64,000 nucleotides of DNA, taken from Lama glama (taxonomy: Eukaryota). The position numbers were made by a program, and so were the translations under genes. The first letter of the stretch is position 1; each line of letters starts with the position of its first letter. Shown one piece after another: positions 25,010 to 37,660 of this stretch. The stretch is from the NCBI GenBank assembly GCA_028534125.1, contig CM052817.1, positions 71,860,001 to 71,924,000 on the forward strand. The letters run 5' to 3'. The notes beneath the pieces are model-generated. The model was given only the letters and a program-made list of their open reading frames with translations, was not told where the DNA came from and did not search any database.

Positions 25010-27270
25010 TCAATAATGCTAATATTTCTTAAGCATTTATTATATCCAGATACTTTTCTAAGCATTTACATGGTCAATTCAATTAATCCTCAGAATAGAG
25101 ATTATGATTCTTCTTTTAGAGATTTTTAAGACACAAAGAAGAGAGGTAAAGTGCTTAAGTTCATCTAGTCAGAAGGGGAAGAGGCAGGCTTCAAAGCCAG
25201 ACAGCCAGGCTCTGGAAGCAATCCCACCTCTCAGAAGCAGGACCGTCTTTGCTCTCAGCGAAGCGGCTAGGAGGGCCAGTTGTTCTATCAGTCAGTCAGC
25301 CAAGCAATCAGTCAATACTTTGGACTACATCTTGCTGCAGCAGGAGTCATCAAGACAGTAAACGTCAAGCCTCTGCCCTGATAGCTTTGCGGTCATGCGT
25401 TTCAGGCTCATTCTTAGAAAACATTTCAAGATGGGGTATAATTACGGGCTTATTTGCATGGTGTAGTGAGTACCCATTTATGCCCAGATACTGAGAATCA
25501 TTCCAGCCCTCCTGGGGGTGAGTTCTGAGAGAAAAAAAACATCCTCTGGTCTACACCTGTCCTTCAAATGAAATGATCCCATTTGCCGATCATCTAAGAC
25601 ATCATTTCTGCTCCTTTGAGGAAAAGGCGTTCAGACAAGACTGGTTTGACTGCTCCTGAGGCAGGGGGAGATTTTTTTATGACTGGGAAAATGATCAGAA
25701 TGATAATGATATAATCCTAATAACAGCAGCAATGAAAACTAACATTTATTGAGCACTTGTATGCCACGTGCTGTTCTAATATGTACCTACACTTTCACTC
25801 ATATACCTATTCTGGCACAAGGGAGGTTCTGTTATTATTTATATTTTGCAAATGACAAAACTGTGGCACAGAGAGAGAGAAAACAACTTCGGTATTAAAA
25901 GGCAAAGTCTGGACTTTTATTTATTTTGCCTTCACAGTCATATAGTTCTTACTCTGTGCTAGGGACTGTTTCAAATACTTTACCTTTGTATTAACACCTT
26001 TAACCCTCATAACACACCCGTTTCATACGTAGGGAAACTAAGGCAGAGAGTGAGTCAGTAACTTGTTGAAAGCACGCAACCTGGCGGTGGTTCTAACCAG
26101 CAGCCTGTTTGATATGGAAGCCTGATTTTCTAACCATCCTACTCTTCAGCCTCTGCTTGATTTTCCTTCAGGATTTACCAAGACTGCTGGGTTTTGTGAT
26201 TTAAGAAATGACATCTTTAACAGTAATACCTGCCTTATGGGATTAAATGTGATGGCTTATGTGAGGCTTTAGCACAGGACTCAGCGCACTGTAAAGGTTC
26301 AATGAATGTGAATTTAGAATGCTATCAGAATTTATACATTTTTGTTTACTTTGGAATTGGAACTAGATTCGAATATTTATTTTCCACTTACTAGCTGGGC
26401 AGCTTAGGCAATGTATTTAACTTCTCTGTACCTCAGTGTCCTTCCCTGCAGAAGGGAGGAAATAATTGTATCTATCTCTGAAATTGTTGTGAAGGTGAAA
26501 TGAGACCATCTATTTAAAAAGCAGAGCTCTGTGGTCAGTGGTCAATCAATGTTTGCATCTATTATTAGGAGAAGTAAGAGAATGGAGTTGAGAGGGACAC
26601 AAAGAATGTTTACCATGCAGACTTCATGGCGTAGTTAAAGATGGGTGACTCAAGTGGCAGACCCACAAGTGGGGTTAATAGAGCCATTTGCCAGGAAGAC
26701 CTGATCATCTGCTGTCATGGCCTCAGAGTACGGGGGAGCCAGGCAGCAGTCCTGGGTTCCAGTCTGCTCTCTGTGTGGCTCAGGCAAATGATTTAATCAC
26801 TCTAAGCCTCTGATTCCTCATCTGTGCAATGGGGGTCATTCGCTGCCCTCATGGAGTTGTCAGGAGGATTAGCTGAGGTACTGCCTGTAATTCACTCGGC
26901 ATACTGCCTGACAAATGATAAACTCCCCATAAAGGTACCTATCAGGAAGGCGAACAACACAGCCTCCTGACATACACAACTGTGTAACCACTTCTGACTA
27001 ATACATGGCCTCCTCCCATGCTCCTAAGGACTCTGATTAGAGGCTAGGCCCTTTGCTGTCCCTGCTACAAGTTTGGCCTTGTAGGCACAGAGTCAGGGGA
27101 ACTTTAGAACTGGGAAAACAATGGGTAGAGTAGAACAAAGTTAGAGAGTGTTTGAGTCGAATGTTTGCTTTAGTAAGTCAGAAAAATGAGATCATAGCAC
27201 GTAAGGGACTTGTTCAAGATCAGAGAGCTGAGTTTGGTCGGTCAGACCAGAACCTGTGTTTTCTGCTTCC
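25010..27270. mobile_element. Cluster of about 7 MIR fragments in both orientations
   Basis: MIR core or tail motifs near 25010-25230, 25735-25880, 25940-26150, 26220-26320, 26360-26570, 26740-26940 and 27150-27270. Confidence 0.75.
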
Positions 27271-28169
27271 CCTACTTACGCAAGCAGACTTCTAAGTCAT
27301 TTTGATTTTACGTTGCTGTGGTGAGAGGTGAGTGCTAAATGCAGCTCTAATCACTTAAAAGGGTTAATATGCTGCCTGAGGCATCACGGAGTATCTGATT
27401 TAATGAATTTTTATTTAGTAAGAACTCACGATCCCACAAATGAAAATTTTATGTGTACAAGTTCTTCTTTATAAAATGTGGTTAGAACAAATGTAGATAC
27501 CTCACTCAAGATATGTGAGAGACTATAGATTGCAAAAAAACAGGAACAAACAAAAACCCCCAAACTAAAAAAAAAAAAAAAAACTATTTCAAAGTAGTAG
27601 GGAATCCTCCTAGATATGAATACTGATTTTTACTAGTCTCAAGAAAAAAGTTATACATTGTCAAATGAACTATAGCACTTGAAATTAATTAGAACATGTT
27701 CTACATGGGAAATCTATACATTGTTTTCAATTTGTTTCAACTCACAGAAGATTTGATCAATTTGATAAATTGATTCTGTTTTAAAAATCATAATTCTGAA
27801 ATGGAGAATTGAGTAGGTGATATATTAAATTATCTGGATTAAAGAGGTGTCATCTATGAGAGAATTGCTAAGTCTAGAATTTGTTTTACTTTTAAAAATA
27901 AATCTCAGTTTTTACACCACTATTATTGATAATTCAGCCACAGAGAAATCACAGGGTGAACTGCACAGTTAAAGGAAGAGCAATATGGAAGGAGATAAGA
28001 AAAAGTTCCATTTTAAAGGTAATTCAAAATTGCAGCCATGATCTCCAGTGTTTTTTAGAGTAATCCTTTATAGTTGGAATATTATAATTGTTTAATTGAA
28101 CAATATGTATTTTGTACTCATAAACCAAAGTGTTCTTATGTTCAAAGATAAAATCTGATTATTTGTACC

Positions 28170-29140
28170 ATTTAGGGTTATGTTTGACTGCAAAGAAAGA
28201 AAACAGTCCAAAATAAAAGTAGCTTAATAGCACAGAAATTGATTTCTCTGTCAAAGAAGAGAAATGTAGATGTAGTCAGTATGGAGTGCAGCCCCAAAGT
28301 GCCATCAGGGCCCAGACTCCTATCAGGATGCTCTATCCTCTGTCCAGAGACTAGCATCTGGTTATTAACCTCTGCTTCTCCTCTTCTTCCATGGTAACGG
28401 CACTGTGCTGAGCTGTGGCTGTCCAGTTAGACACTGACTTTCCTAGTCTCTCCTGGAGCTGGATGTGGCCATGGGCGGAGCTCTTGCCGATGGACTGTGA
28501 GGAGACATGGTCTAGGCAGCCATGCCCTCCCTGCCTAAGAGGAGGGCTCTGATGCAGGCCTCCCACCCTTCCCCATTTTGGCTTGGTCTGGATGGTGTTA
28601 GCTAGAGTGACCTTGGAAGCCACACAACAAAGATGACAGATCCACCACGAGCCTGAGTCCTTGACTGACTGGAGCAAAACTGCCCACTGCCAGAGCCTTC
28701 CCTTCGACCCGTTATACAGGAGAGAGGTCATCTGTTTTCTAATTCACCAAGTCTGGGTGTTCTTTGTTACAGCACCTTAACCTTTGTTAGCTAAATTTCA
28801 TCCTAGTCATGGCTTACATTCTCAGAGTCGCTTCATGGTCCAGGATGGCTGCTTGGGCTGTCTGTGTGTGACGGTTCCAGCCATCATATCCACATTGCAA
28901 ATCAGGAGGAGGGATGGCAGAGTGGCAAAGGGCTCTCCCATCTCAGTCAGGTCCTTTCAACAGGCTTGCTGGAAACCTTCCACTTAACCTCTCATTGGGC
29001 GGAACTTGGTCGCATGGTTACACCCAGCTGGAAGGAAGCGGGGAACATAATCTTCATTCTGGGGGGCAAGATGCCGAAGTGAAAATCAGAGTTCTGTTCC
29101 CAAGAAGGATACTGAGGGTAAATGGCTTCCATTCTCTGCC
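28170..29140 (-). mobile_element. Old MLT1 (K/L-like) LTR, split by a nested LTR
   Basis: tttgactgcaaagaaagaaaac...gcttaa; resumes after 28800 with catggtccaggatggctgc...ctcattgggcggaacttggtcgcatgg. Confidence 0.75.
28341..28800 (+). mobile_element. MLT1 (J-like) solo LTR nested in the opposite orientation
   Basis: TG...CA termini with 5-bp flanks tcctc/tccta. Confidence 0.8.
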
Positions 29141-29291
29141 AGAGATGCTTTTTTCATTTTCTGGGAAAAAGGTGAAAGTTAAAGATTCTAACCACCCTGC
29201 TGATCAGAGAACCTTAATTACTTGACGTTGAAAAGTATCAATGAGCAATGTAATTATTCTTCTTACTAGAAATGATGTTCTTCATGGTGAC

Positions 29292-29331
<40 letters not shown>
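29292..29331. repeat. (GT)n(GA)n microsatellite
   Basis: Direct reading. Confidence 0.95.
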
Positions 29332-29334
<3 letters not shown>

Positions 29335-30419
29335 GACACACATCTAGGGGAAGAGAGATGGGAGGGAAGCCTGTGCTCTAGGATGAGGCTTTTTATTCTA
29401 AGGGGAAAATACAGTCCGTCTAGGATTCAGAGAATGTCATCTTCCTCCCTGAGTTGGAGATGTTACAGATGCTGCAGCTTACCCTTGGGAGATCGCCTGC
29501 CAAGGGGATCCTGCTCAGCTGATGAAATACATTTCTGGATGGCTGTTTGTAGTGTGTTACATTGTAGAGGAGTTTCTCTCTTCTTCTGCAATTTATATGG
29601 TTAAGCCCACAAATAAACTTAGTTTAGGGATTTTCGAACTGGCTTCCAGATCCCTATTTAGTGTTGACACATACAAGATGTTTGACGTGCCCTTAGAATG
29701 TAACATAGCTACTGGATGGTATGTCTACATGCTTTGGACGGTGGTGAGAACCTCAAATCTCCCGTCATGTGGGATGTTTTTCCTGGTATCTTTACTGTGA
29801 GTAATATTAATCCAAATAAATTCCATGCATACATTCAACACAGTTTTTATTAGAACTGGGTATGAGTCATTTTAACCTCAGATCTCGTGTCCTCTTCCTT
29901 TACTAATGCAGTGACTACTAAGATAGGTACATGAAGAGAGAATTGAGAAATTCACTCTTAACTGTCCCTTTCAAACTATCATTAAAACAGACAGTAAGAC
30001 TTTGATCATTTTTTCATATCTCAAGTTTGAAAGTGATGCAATAGTCTTAGCATGCCCCAAAGTACACGATTTCTCTAAAGGGGCAGAGACCATTTATTTC
30101 TTATGGACTGATATTTTCCTATTAAAGGTAATGTTTCTTTTAATTACAAATGAGTTCTTACACTTGTCTTAAGAGCTAGTGCTTAAAAAATAGCAGTAAC
30201 CTATTCGTAAGGCTAGTGACTTTGGAGTAGAGAGTCTTTGGAAGCAATTTTTGGGCTTGTGCCTCCTATTTTTAGGCGTGGCCGGTGACTTAGTGCCTCA
30301 GAAATGGGCTTGCAGTTCAGGTGGAACAAGAGCCTCATTATTACACGGAAGTTCTGGAAAATCGTTGCAGGTGGAGGAAGAAGGGGACGCTCTGTTTGGG
30401 ATGACTCTTCAGGGTTGGG

Positions 30420-30825
30420 CCTATGGCAGAAACAGCTGGCTGTCTTCTGACATCTGCTTTCCCTGGTTTTTGCAGTAAACATTTTAGCTGGGCACCTGTA
30501 ACTAGGTGTGCACATGTGATGATATTCTAGCCAGTAAGATGTTCATTAGCAACAGTGCCATGTGCAACTTCCAGATTGTGGCCTTAAAAGGAAAGGACGT
30601 GCCCGTTCCTTCTCCTCTTCCTCTCTCTGCTGGCTGCAGTGTGGTGGGAGGGACTGCAGCTGGAGCAGCTGTGATTGAGCAACAAGTTAGAAGGAGCCTG
30701 GGTTCCTAGTGCCATGAGACTGCCACGCCTGCTGGACTGGTACTTGAGAGCGAAATGCACTTCCATCTTGTTTAAAAGATGCTGTTTGGTTTGGTCTGTC
30801 TACCACAAAAGCCAAACCAATTTAT
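30420..30825 (+). mobile_element. Old MLT1 (J/K-like) LTR
   Basis: attttagctgggcac...ggagcctgggttcct...cttccatcttgtttaa. Confidence 0.7.
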
Positions 30826-33559
30826 CACGAATACAGGGGGCGTAGTCCTTTTGTTGGCGCAGTCCCCAAGCCTCGTGGCTCGGCACCAGGTTCAACAACT
30901 CTCAGTGCAGCCGAGCTTACTCACGTCCTCCCTGCCCCACGGGACTCTTCCACTGGGGAGGCATCTCTTCCTGGTCGGTGGTGGGTAGAGCTGAATCCTA
31001 GTCTACACCCATGTTTTTCTCTTGCTAACCAAGGAAAAACCGCCCCAGGTTTTTGGAGAGAATGAGTAGATTCGGAAGGCAGAAGTCTTTGGTCTTGAGT
31101 GGATTTCACAATCACTTCCAGGACTACGCAATGCAGTCACATCCATCTGATCAATCTGACCCAAAAACCTGCTTTTGTATTGAGATTTTACTCTCCCTGC
31201 TCTGTTTCTTCACACAGTGGAGTGTAAGAGGCAGTGTCTTGGTGGAAAGAGGATTAAGGATTCAGAAAACTGGAGAACTCATCCTGGGTGGGCTATGTCC
31301 TAGCATGGTTTCTGATTCTCAATTTTCCTGGTCAGACAGGGGTTTTCATATTTTTCCTGAGTGCCTCAATGTATTTACTCCGTGATGAACCCTTTGGTGC
31401 ACGGGGATAATGAGGGTAAAAGTGCCTTGGAAATCATTAAATCCTTTATCACTGGGAGTTAGGCTGAATCTCCATGAATTTGCTCTTGCAGGCCTCTGGT
31501 GAAGGTGTTTTGTTAATTCTCAACCACAGATGTGACTTGGATTACATTTCTACAGACACTTTAAGCAAATCTCTCAATAACTGATACATGTTTACCCTCT
31601 TCCCTACGTAGTCCCCTTCCTCCTGACCCCCACAAGCAGGTATCTAAATAATTTCTTCAAGTTACTACTTGGCTTTGTCTATAGAAGATGATCTTACAGA
31701 CCCAGGTCTTCAGAAGTATAAACGTTCATCCAATGGCACATAAGAATTATAGACACAGTTCTGGGGTTGAGTAGAATCATGCTCCTTTGAAGGCAAATTT
31801 CTGTCTCCTCTGAAGAAAGGAGCTGGTGTTGGTTGCTTCTTCCTCTCTGAGTCCTTATTTTCTGTTTTTCTCTTTCCTAGCACTCGTCACGTACTATGGG
31901 TTCACTGAAGAGTAGCAGGTGTTAAGCTTTGTACCTCAGTACCCAGTACTGTACCAGGCATACAGTAGTTTCTCATTGCATGTATGTTGAATGAATGAAT
32001 GGATGAAGGTCAATTGCTTATTTGGGACAGGCAGTACGTCAGGGATAAGACACAGATTCATGTTTGGACTGACTGGTGATTAAATACACCAAGTCAGTCT
32101 CACCCATATTACTGAAATTGAGACCTTCAAGGTTTAGCTTGATAGGATAGGCAGACAGGTTAGAGAAAAAAGGTCAATGAAATAAGTTGATGACCTTGAA
32201 GCAGGACGTCTAGCATGGAGAACAGAGGCAAACGTCTGGGGAAAAGTAGTTTGGGAGCTTGGAACGGGTCTGGTGCTGTGTCAGGCTGACTGCTGCAGCT
32301 CTGGGAAATATCTTGTTCAGAACCATACACTTCAGGCTCTGTAAATAAATCACAGAGAATTATTTATTCCTGCTGTGTCTGTAGGCTTTTTTTTTTTTTG
32401 CCACCATATAGGAAAAGCAGACTCCTGTAGAAAAAGACATTCCTATCTTCCTCAAATATTTTAACAAGTGATCATCTCAGAAGCATTAATTTTTTTTAAC
32501 CAGACAAAACTTAGGAGGCCTTATCTATTATAAATTGCTTTGGGGATAATAATGTTGTTCTGTAACTTCCTTTATTTGATGATTCTTCACCGTTAAGTCG
32601 ACAGAGAATGTTTAGGTGCCAAGTCATAAAAGAAAAATCCTTTCAAGCCAGGATCTCAGTGGGTACATAAAAGTGAACAATCAAGAGAAACTTTCATCAA
32701 GGGTAATGTTCTAGCAGAATCAGAGAAAACTTACTTTTTGCTACTTTAATTCTTCTCTCCCCTCCCCCAAGTTCAACAATGTCACCAGGTTGAAAAACAC
32801 AGAGAGAGGGAGATTAATCATTAGTAAAAACACACCCTTCAGCCCCTCCCCCAGCCTTCTGAAATTTGAGTGAGGAAAAAATATGTAACATTTAATCAAA
32901 GTGGCTGATTTTTTTCCATTAATGTACAACCCCCCTTTCCTTTCTCTGATGCCTTTTGAAGGGAGGAAAAGGTGATTTTTTGGCTCCACTCACGTCTAGT
33001 CAACCTTTATCCTCTCCCTCTCCGTTTTCAATCTCTAGGGTGTATTTTGGAGAAAAGTCCACCCCCGCACACTGTTCTGGCATTCATTATTTTCTTTACT
33101 TTTAGATACTAGTGGTTTCAGAAACCAATCTCAACACACGACTGAGTTACGTTAGAAAGGAGAATACTATGTTTTGGATCTTTTTCAGGCTTTATACACA
33201 AGCTTCCAAGTACAGGCTAAAGATAAGTTCCTTTCTTTGTCTGTTTTCACTCTGCTACTTTTTCAGTAGTTGGTTATCTTTACTGGCTAAAAGCATTTAT
33301 TCTAATAAGGGTATCTAAGTCATTTTCTCCTCTTTTCTGACTCCTTCCTTTTCTTTGTTTTCTTCCTTTCTTCCTTCCTTTTCTCTCTTCCTCCTTTCCT
33401 TCCTCCATCTGTCCTCCCCTGTTCAGATTCTCAGGACTTGAGTTAGATGCAAGGATTTCAAAAATTGAGAAGAAAAAAAAAATCCCAGCCTTCAGGAAAC
33501 ACGCAACTCTCCCTAAACTGCTGACTTCCTGGCAGTGGGTGAGTGTCCTTAGAGAGGGT

Positions 33560-34230
33560 GCAGTCGTGCTCAGGAATGAAGGGCAGGGAAAGCCCTACCG
33601 CCGGGGCTGGAGGTGGAAGAGTTCCCTCTGGGAGGCAGAAGAACTGAGCCTGTAAGGAATTCTCCAGGAAGGCTGTACAGGGTGGAACGGGAAAGATATT
33701 CCATGGAGAGGAAGCAGCAAGCTCAAAGATAAAAGGAAAATGAGAAGTTTAGGGAAATGCAGATTGGAATAAACATGGAGATTGGCCAGAGGTGGGGCCC
33801 AGAAGGCCCAGTAAGGCCTGCCAAGGAGTTGAGAATTTAGACAGTAGGTATTTGGAGCCACTGACGACTTTTTGAAGTGGAGGGACCTGCCTGGCCAGAG
33901 TGTTAAAGCAAAGAGGAAGGAAGTGGGAGATGGAGGGAGACAGTAGAGGAGGACTGCAATCGTCCAGGCAAAACTTACAAAGGCCTCAGCAAAGGCAATG
34001 GGCGAAGGGTGAAAATGAGGAGATGAACCCGAGGCACATTGGGGGTCCACCGGACGGGATGCAGGAAGAGATGTGGGGGATGGAGGAGCAAGTGGAGCCT
34101 CGCAGTTTGGCCAGTTTTCTGTCTTGTGACCTGCTGCTGTTCTCTGAGCTAGGTAACACAGGAAGTAGAAGAGGTTTTGGGGGAGCAAAGGTGATGAATT
34201 CTTGGCATTGAGTCAGACTAGTTTGTGAAG
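33560..34230 (-). mobile_element. L2 LINE fragment
   Basis: ggagccactgacgactttt...ggaggactgcaatcgtccaggc is a typical reverse L2; accounts for the 197-aa track ORF. Confidence 0.8.
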
Positions 34231-37215
34231 CTAACGAGTCATCTTGCCAGTGGAAGCTGTTGCTAGAAAGAAAAACCAGGGGAGATAGTTAAATCAACAC
34301 AAGTATTCCGGTATGTTGGTGGGAAGGCCATTAGGCTGGAAAACCACAGCCAAGAGTACCTTCATAGACTCCAAGGCAAGGAGCGGGTGAAGGGAAGGAG
34401 AAAGAACTCAGTCTTGGCAAATGTAAGGAGATTTTCCAGTAAGGTGACGGTAATTTAATTACAAAAAACTAATTACCAAAAATTCTAATACTGCTAAATG
34501 CTTTTGATACTGCTACTTGAAACTGATTGAAAAGAAACAATGGAAAACAACTCATCAGGAGCTGATTAGTAGAAAAAGTGATAAAAACACATCTATAGTT
34601 CGTACTTTACATCTGGATGAAAGTATTGGTTGGGGGTTGGTGTTAAAATAACAATAAGATGAATTTTATTAATATTTTTCTAAAATATTTTCAGGAGATG
34701 AGGAAACTTTATGCCTTACCTTTCCTAAATTAAATACATCGTGCATCACACGCCTCCTTTTTCTCTTGGAGTTTCAACTGCGAGAAAATGGCTCCACGAT
34801 GTTGTCTTTAAACTTCATTTCAGGGGTAAAGGGAGCTCTTGATGTACAAAATACTTTGCGGTTACTGAAGCTACCAAAACATAGCCGGCATTGTGGCACG
34901 GTCAGTAGCTCTGAGGACCTACAACCGATCCTTAAACAGCTCCGAAGAATTTTGGATTTTAGCACTTCCAGGGCTTCATTCAGCCTAGAGCAATTATCTA
35001 ACCAATTTGGCATCTCTCCAGAGGACGGGTTACCAAATTGCCCGGGTTCATGCTGAACTAGCAGTTATTCCACAAGGATTTTCACTAGTGCTTATCTGCA
35101 TGTGTGGAATTCCTGTTCAGAGGTTGTTTTTCTGAGCTGCTTAGTTGAGCCAGATTACAAATTGACTCTGTTTGGTGTGAACAGAAACCTATTTACAATG
35201 CAGATCTCCCAAGCCACCTTGCTGGTTAAATTAAGTTATCTAATAATTTTCCCCTCTATTCTTACATAAAAAAGTCATGTCTATAAAGTTTTTTCCTTTT
35301 TAGATTTCGAGTTGTAAAGTAGCAGTGTAGACTGCCTTGAAATCTTTGGGAAGTTTAAATTTCTTTCTAGAGATTAAGTATAGGAGTAAATATTACCAGA
35401 ACTTATTTTAATTGATTGATAAAAAGAAGAAAGAAGGACCAAAAACTTATTTAAATACTCAAAAAAAAGCAAGTTTATCTGAATTACGAGTTTGAGTCTT
35501 ATTAAATTTGGTGGATTTCTAAAGTTTATGTTCATAGAATTTTTGTGTTTTCCAGTTAACAGACCTCCTTTTACATTAAACATTAATATGAATTAAATAT
35601 TACTTCATCATGGAAAGCCTAATGATTTTTTTTTGGGGGGCAAACAGACGCCAGGTTTATTTCTTAGACTATATTATTAATTTTGTGTCATCACAGAAGG
35701 TAGCCCAGTTTTATTTTGAGATTGGTTTATTTTCCCTGGACACTTGGGATGAATAGCTCAGCATAACAAATTATTCTATACGCTCTAGTTTCAAGCGTTT
35801 AAAGTGGAATCCAAGTTTTAGCATCAGGAACCAATTAAATGATAGTTAGATCTGACTGAAAAATTAATGGTCCAGAACAGAAACTGTGTCTTTTTTTTTC
35901 TTTTTTTAGTTTTTTTTTCTCCCTAGCATTTCTGTTTTAAATAAAAATCTGGATGGTTCTCAATAAAACACAAAGTGTCACTAAAAAAAAAAAAAGAACA
36001 AACTGATATAAATGGAGCCACACCCAGGCTTAAAAATCACTTAATGATGATTGCATTCTCAGTCTGCTATTAAACACAAGGTGTTTATCAGCCTTCACGG
36101 GCTGTTAAGACTTTGGCTATAAAACACAAAGCACCGTGGGGCAATGAAGACCTGCCGTGGTGCGGTGGCTCTTGATGGTGAGTATGACTTACTCTTTAAA
36201 AATGATCACTCTGTCGTCTAGCATGATTGCGGTGAACATTCGATTTTTGCCATAGAAATCAATCAGACTCAGGTTAGTATTTTGTCCTAATGGGAAATAA
36301 ATCAGGAGAGAAGAATGTTGATGTTCAGCCCACTAACTTAAAACTTGTTAATATGCCTTGACAGAACACGGTGGCCTTAGATTAGATGCTAGTGAGAGGG
36401 TTCAGGCTTGAACATTTGGCCACTGCTTCAAGCACCCTACACGGTAAGCCAGTATAGTACCTTTAATCTGGCCCTAATTCAAACCTATCAGTAATCACCG
36501 AGCCTGCTCTACTTACTCTGTCAGTCTTTTTGCCAAAAAAGATTTCATGGGTAGCAGTATCAGAAGCATTTTTGTAATTAAATTATTGTCGCTTCACTGG
36601 AAAATCTCCTTACATTTGCAAAGGCTGAATGTGTTTTCTTTCCCCTCACCCCTTACTTGACTCGTAGTCTACCAAGGCGCTTTTGGCTGGGTGACTTTCC
36701 AGCTTAATGGCCTCCTTACCGCAATATTCATTTTGGTTGGGTTATTCTAGCCATCATTTTCCAGAGACAGTCAAAAACCCTCAACGATGACAGAAGTCAT
36801 TTGATCATGGGGAGCAAGAAATAGAAAGAGCCACAATAATTTCTTTAGGACCTTTTCATGGGTTTTAAAGAGAAGAGATTTCAGTGATAAGAATACAAAT
36901 TCTGTGTTTCCAACCCGAGATACGCCATTTTAACATTTTTCCTGAGGGAATTAAATGAGCATAGTCACTATATGAAAAGCGCCGTTCCCAGGCTGCCACT
37001 CCCTTCTCTGAGTTCTCATGTATCTTATCATTTTTCACAAGCAGGGCGGTAAGTATGTGCGTACATATTTATCCCTTCCAAAACATCTTAGCTTCTTCAG
37101 GGTTTGTTGTGTTACTTATGTCTGCCCCAGTGTGGACTGCCTGGCCCATAGCAGGTGCTCATTTTGTATGCATGTTGAAGAATGGGTGAAAATCTTCATT
37201 CTGGTCCTTGACTCT

Positions 37216-37660
37216 TGTGCTGCAGGTCCAGATCTATTCCTCATCCTTCCCCAGCCTTTCCTCTATGCCTCAGGGAAGTTGATCTTAGCAGGCTGCATCT
37301 CGGGCTCCCACATAGTTACCTTCCTTCTGAGTTCTGGCAAGAGGAGGCAGCGGTGGGAGACTGAAGGGCAGGAGGAAGGGAGCAACTAAGCTATTTTTTG
37401 CATTGGGCGGCTGCACAATCTTTGCGACCCCAGCCCCTGCTGGACAGGCTGCATTGATTCCATCTTCTTTGGAGTGACACAATTCTCTGGCCTCGGATAA
37501 TGCTGCTCCAGCACAAGGAGTGCCTTCCTGCTTTTGCTAATTTCTGGGTTTCTTCACTTTCTCCAGTTTGGCTTCTCAGCAATTCCATCACCTGTGTAAC
37601 CAATTCCTTGCATTACATTTCCTCGATTTTCAATACTTAGAGTGTGTTCAGATCTCTATA
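37216..37660 (+). mobile_element. ERVL LTR (LTR33-like)
   Basis: ggctgcatctcgggctccc...ggagactgaagggcaggaggaaggg...cctgtgtaaccaattccttgcatta. Confidence 0.7.

Noticed and set aside
33595..34188. 197-aa ORF
   Set aside because: Lies within a decayed L2; no recognisable protein.
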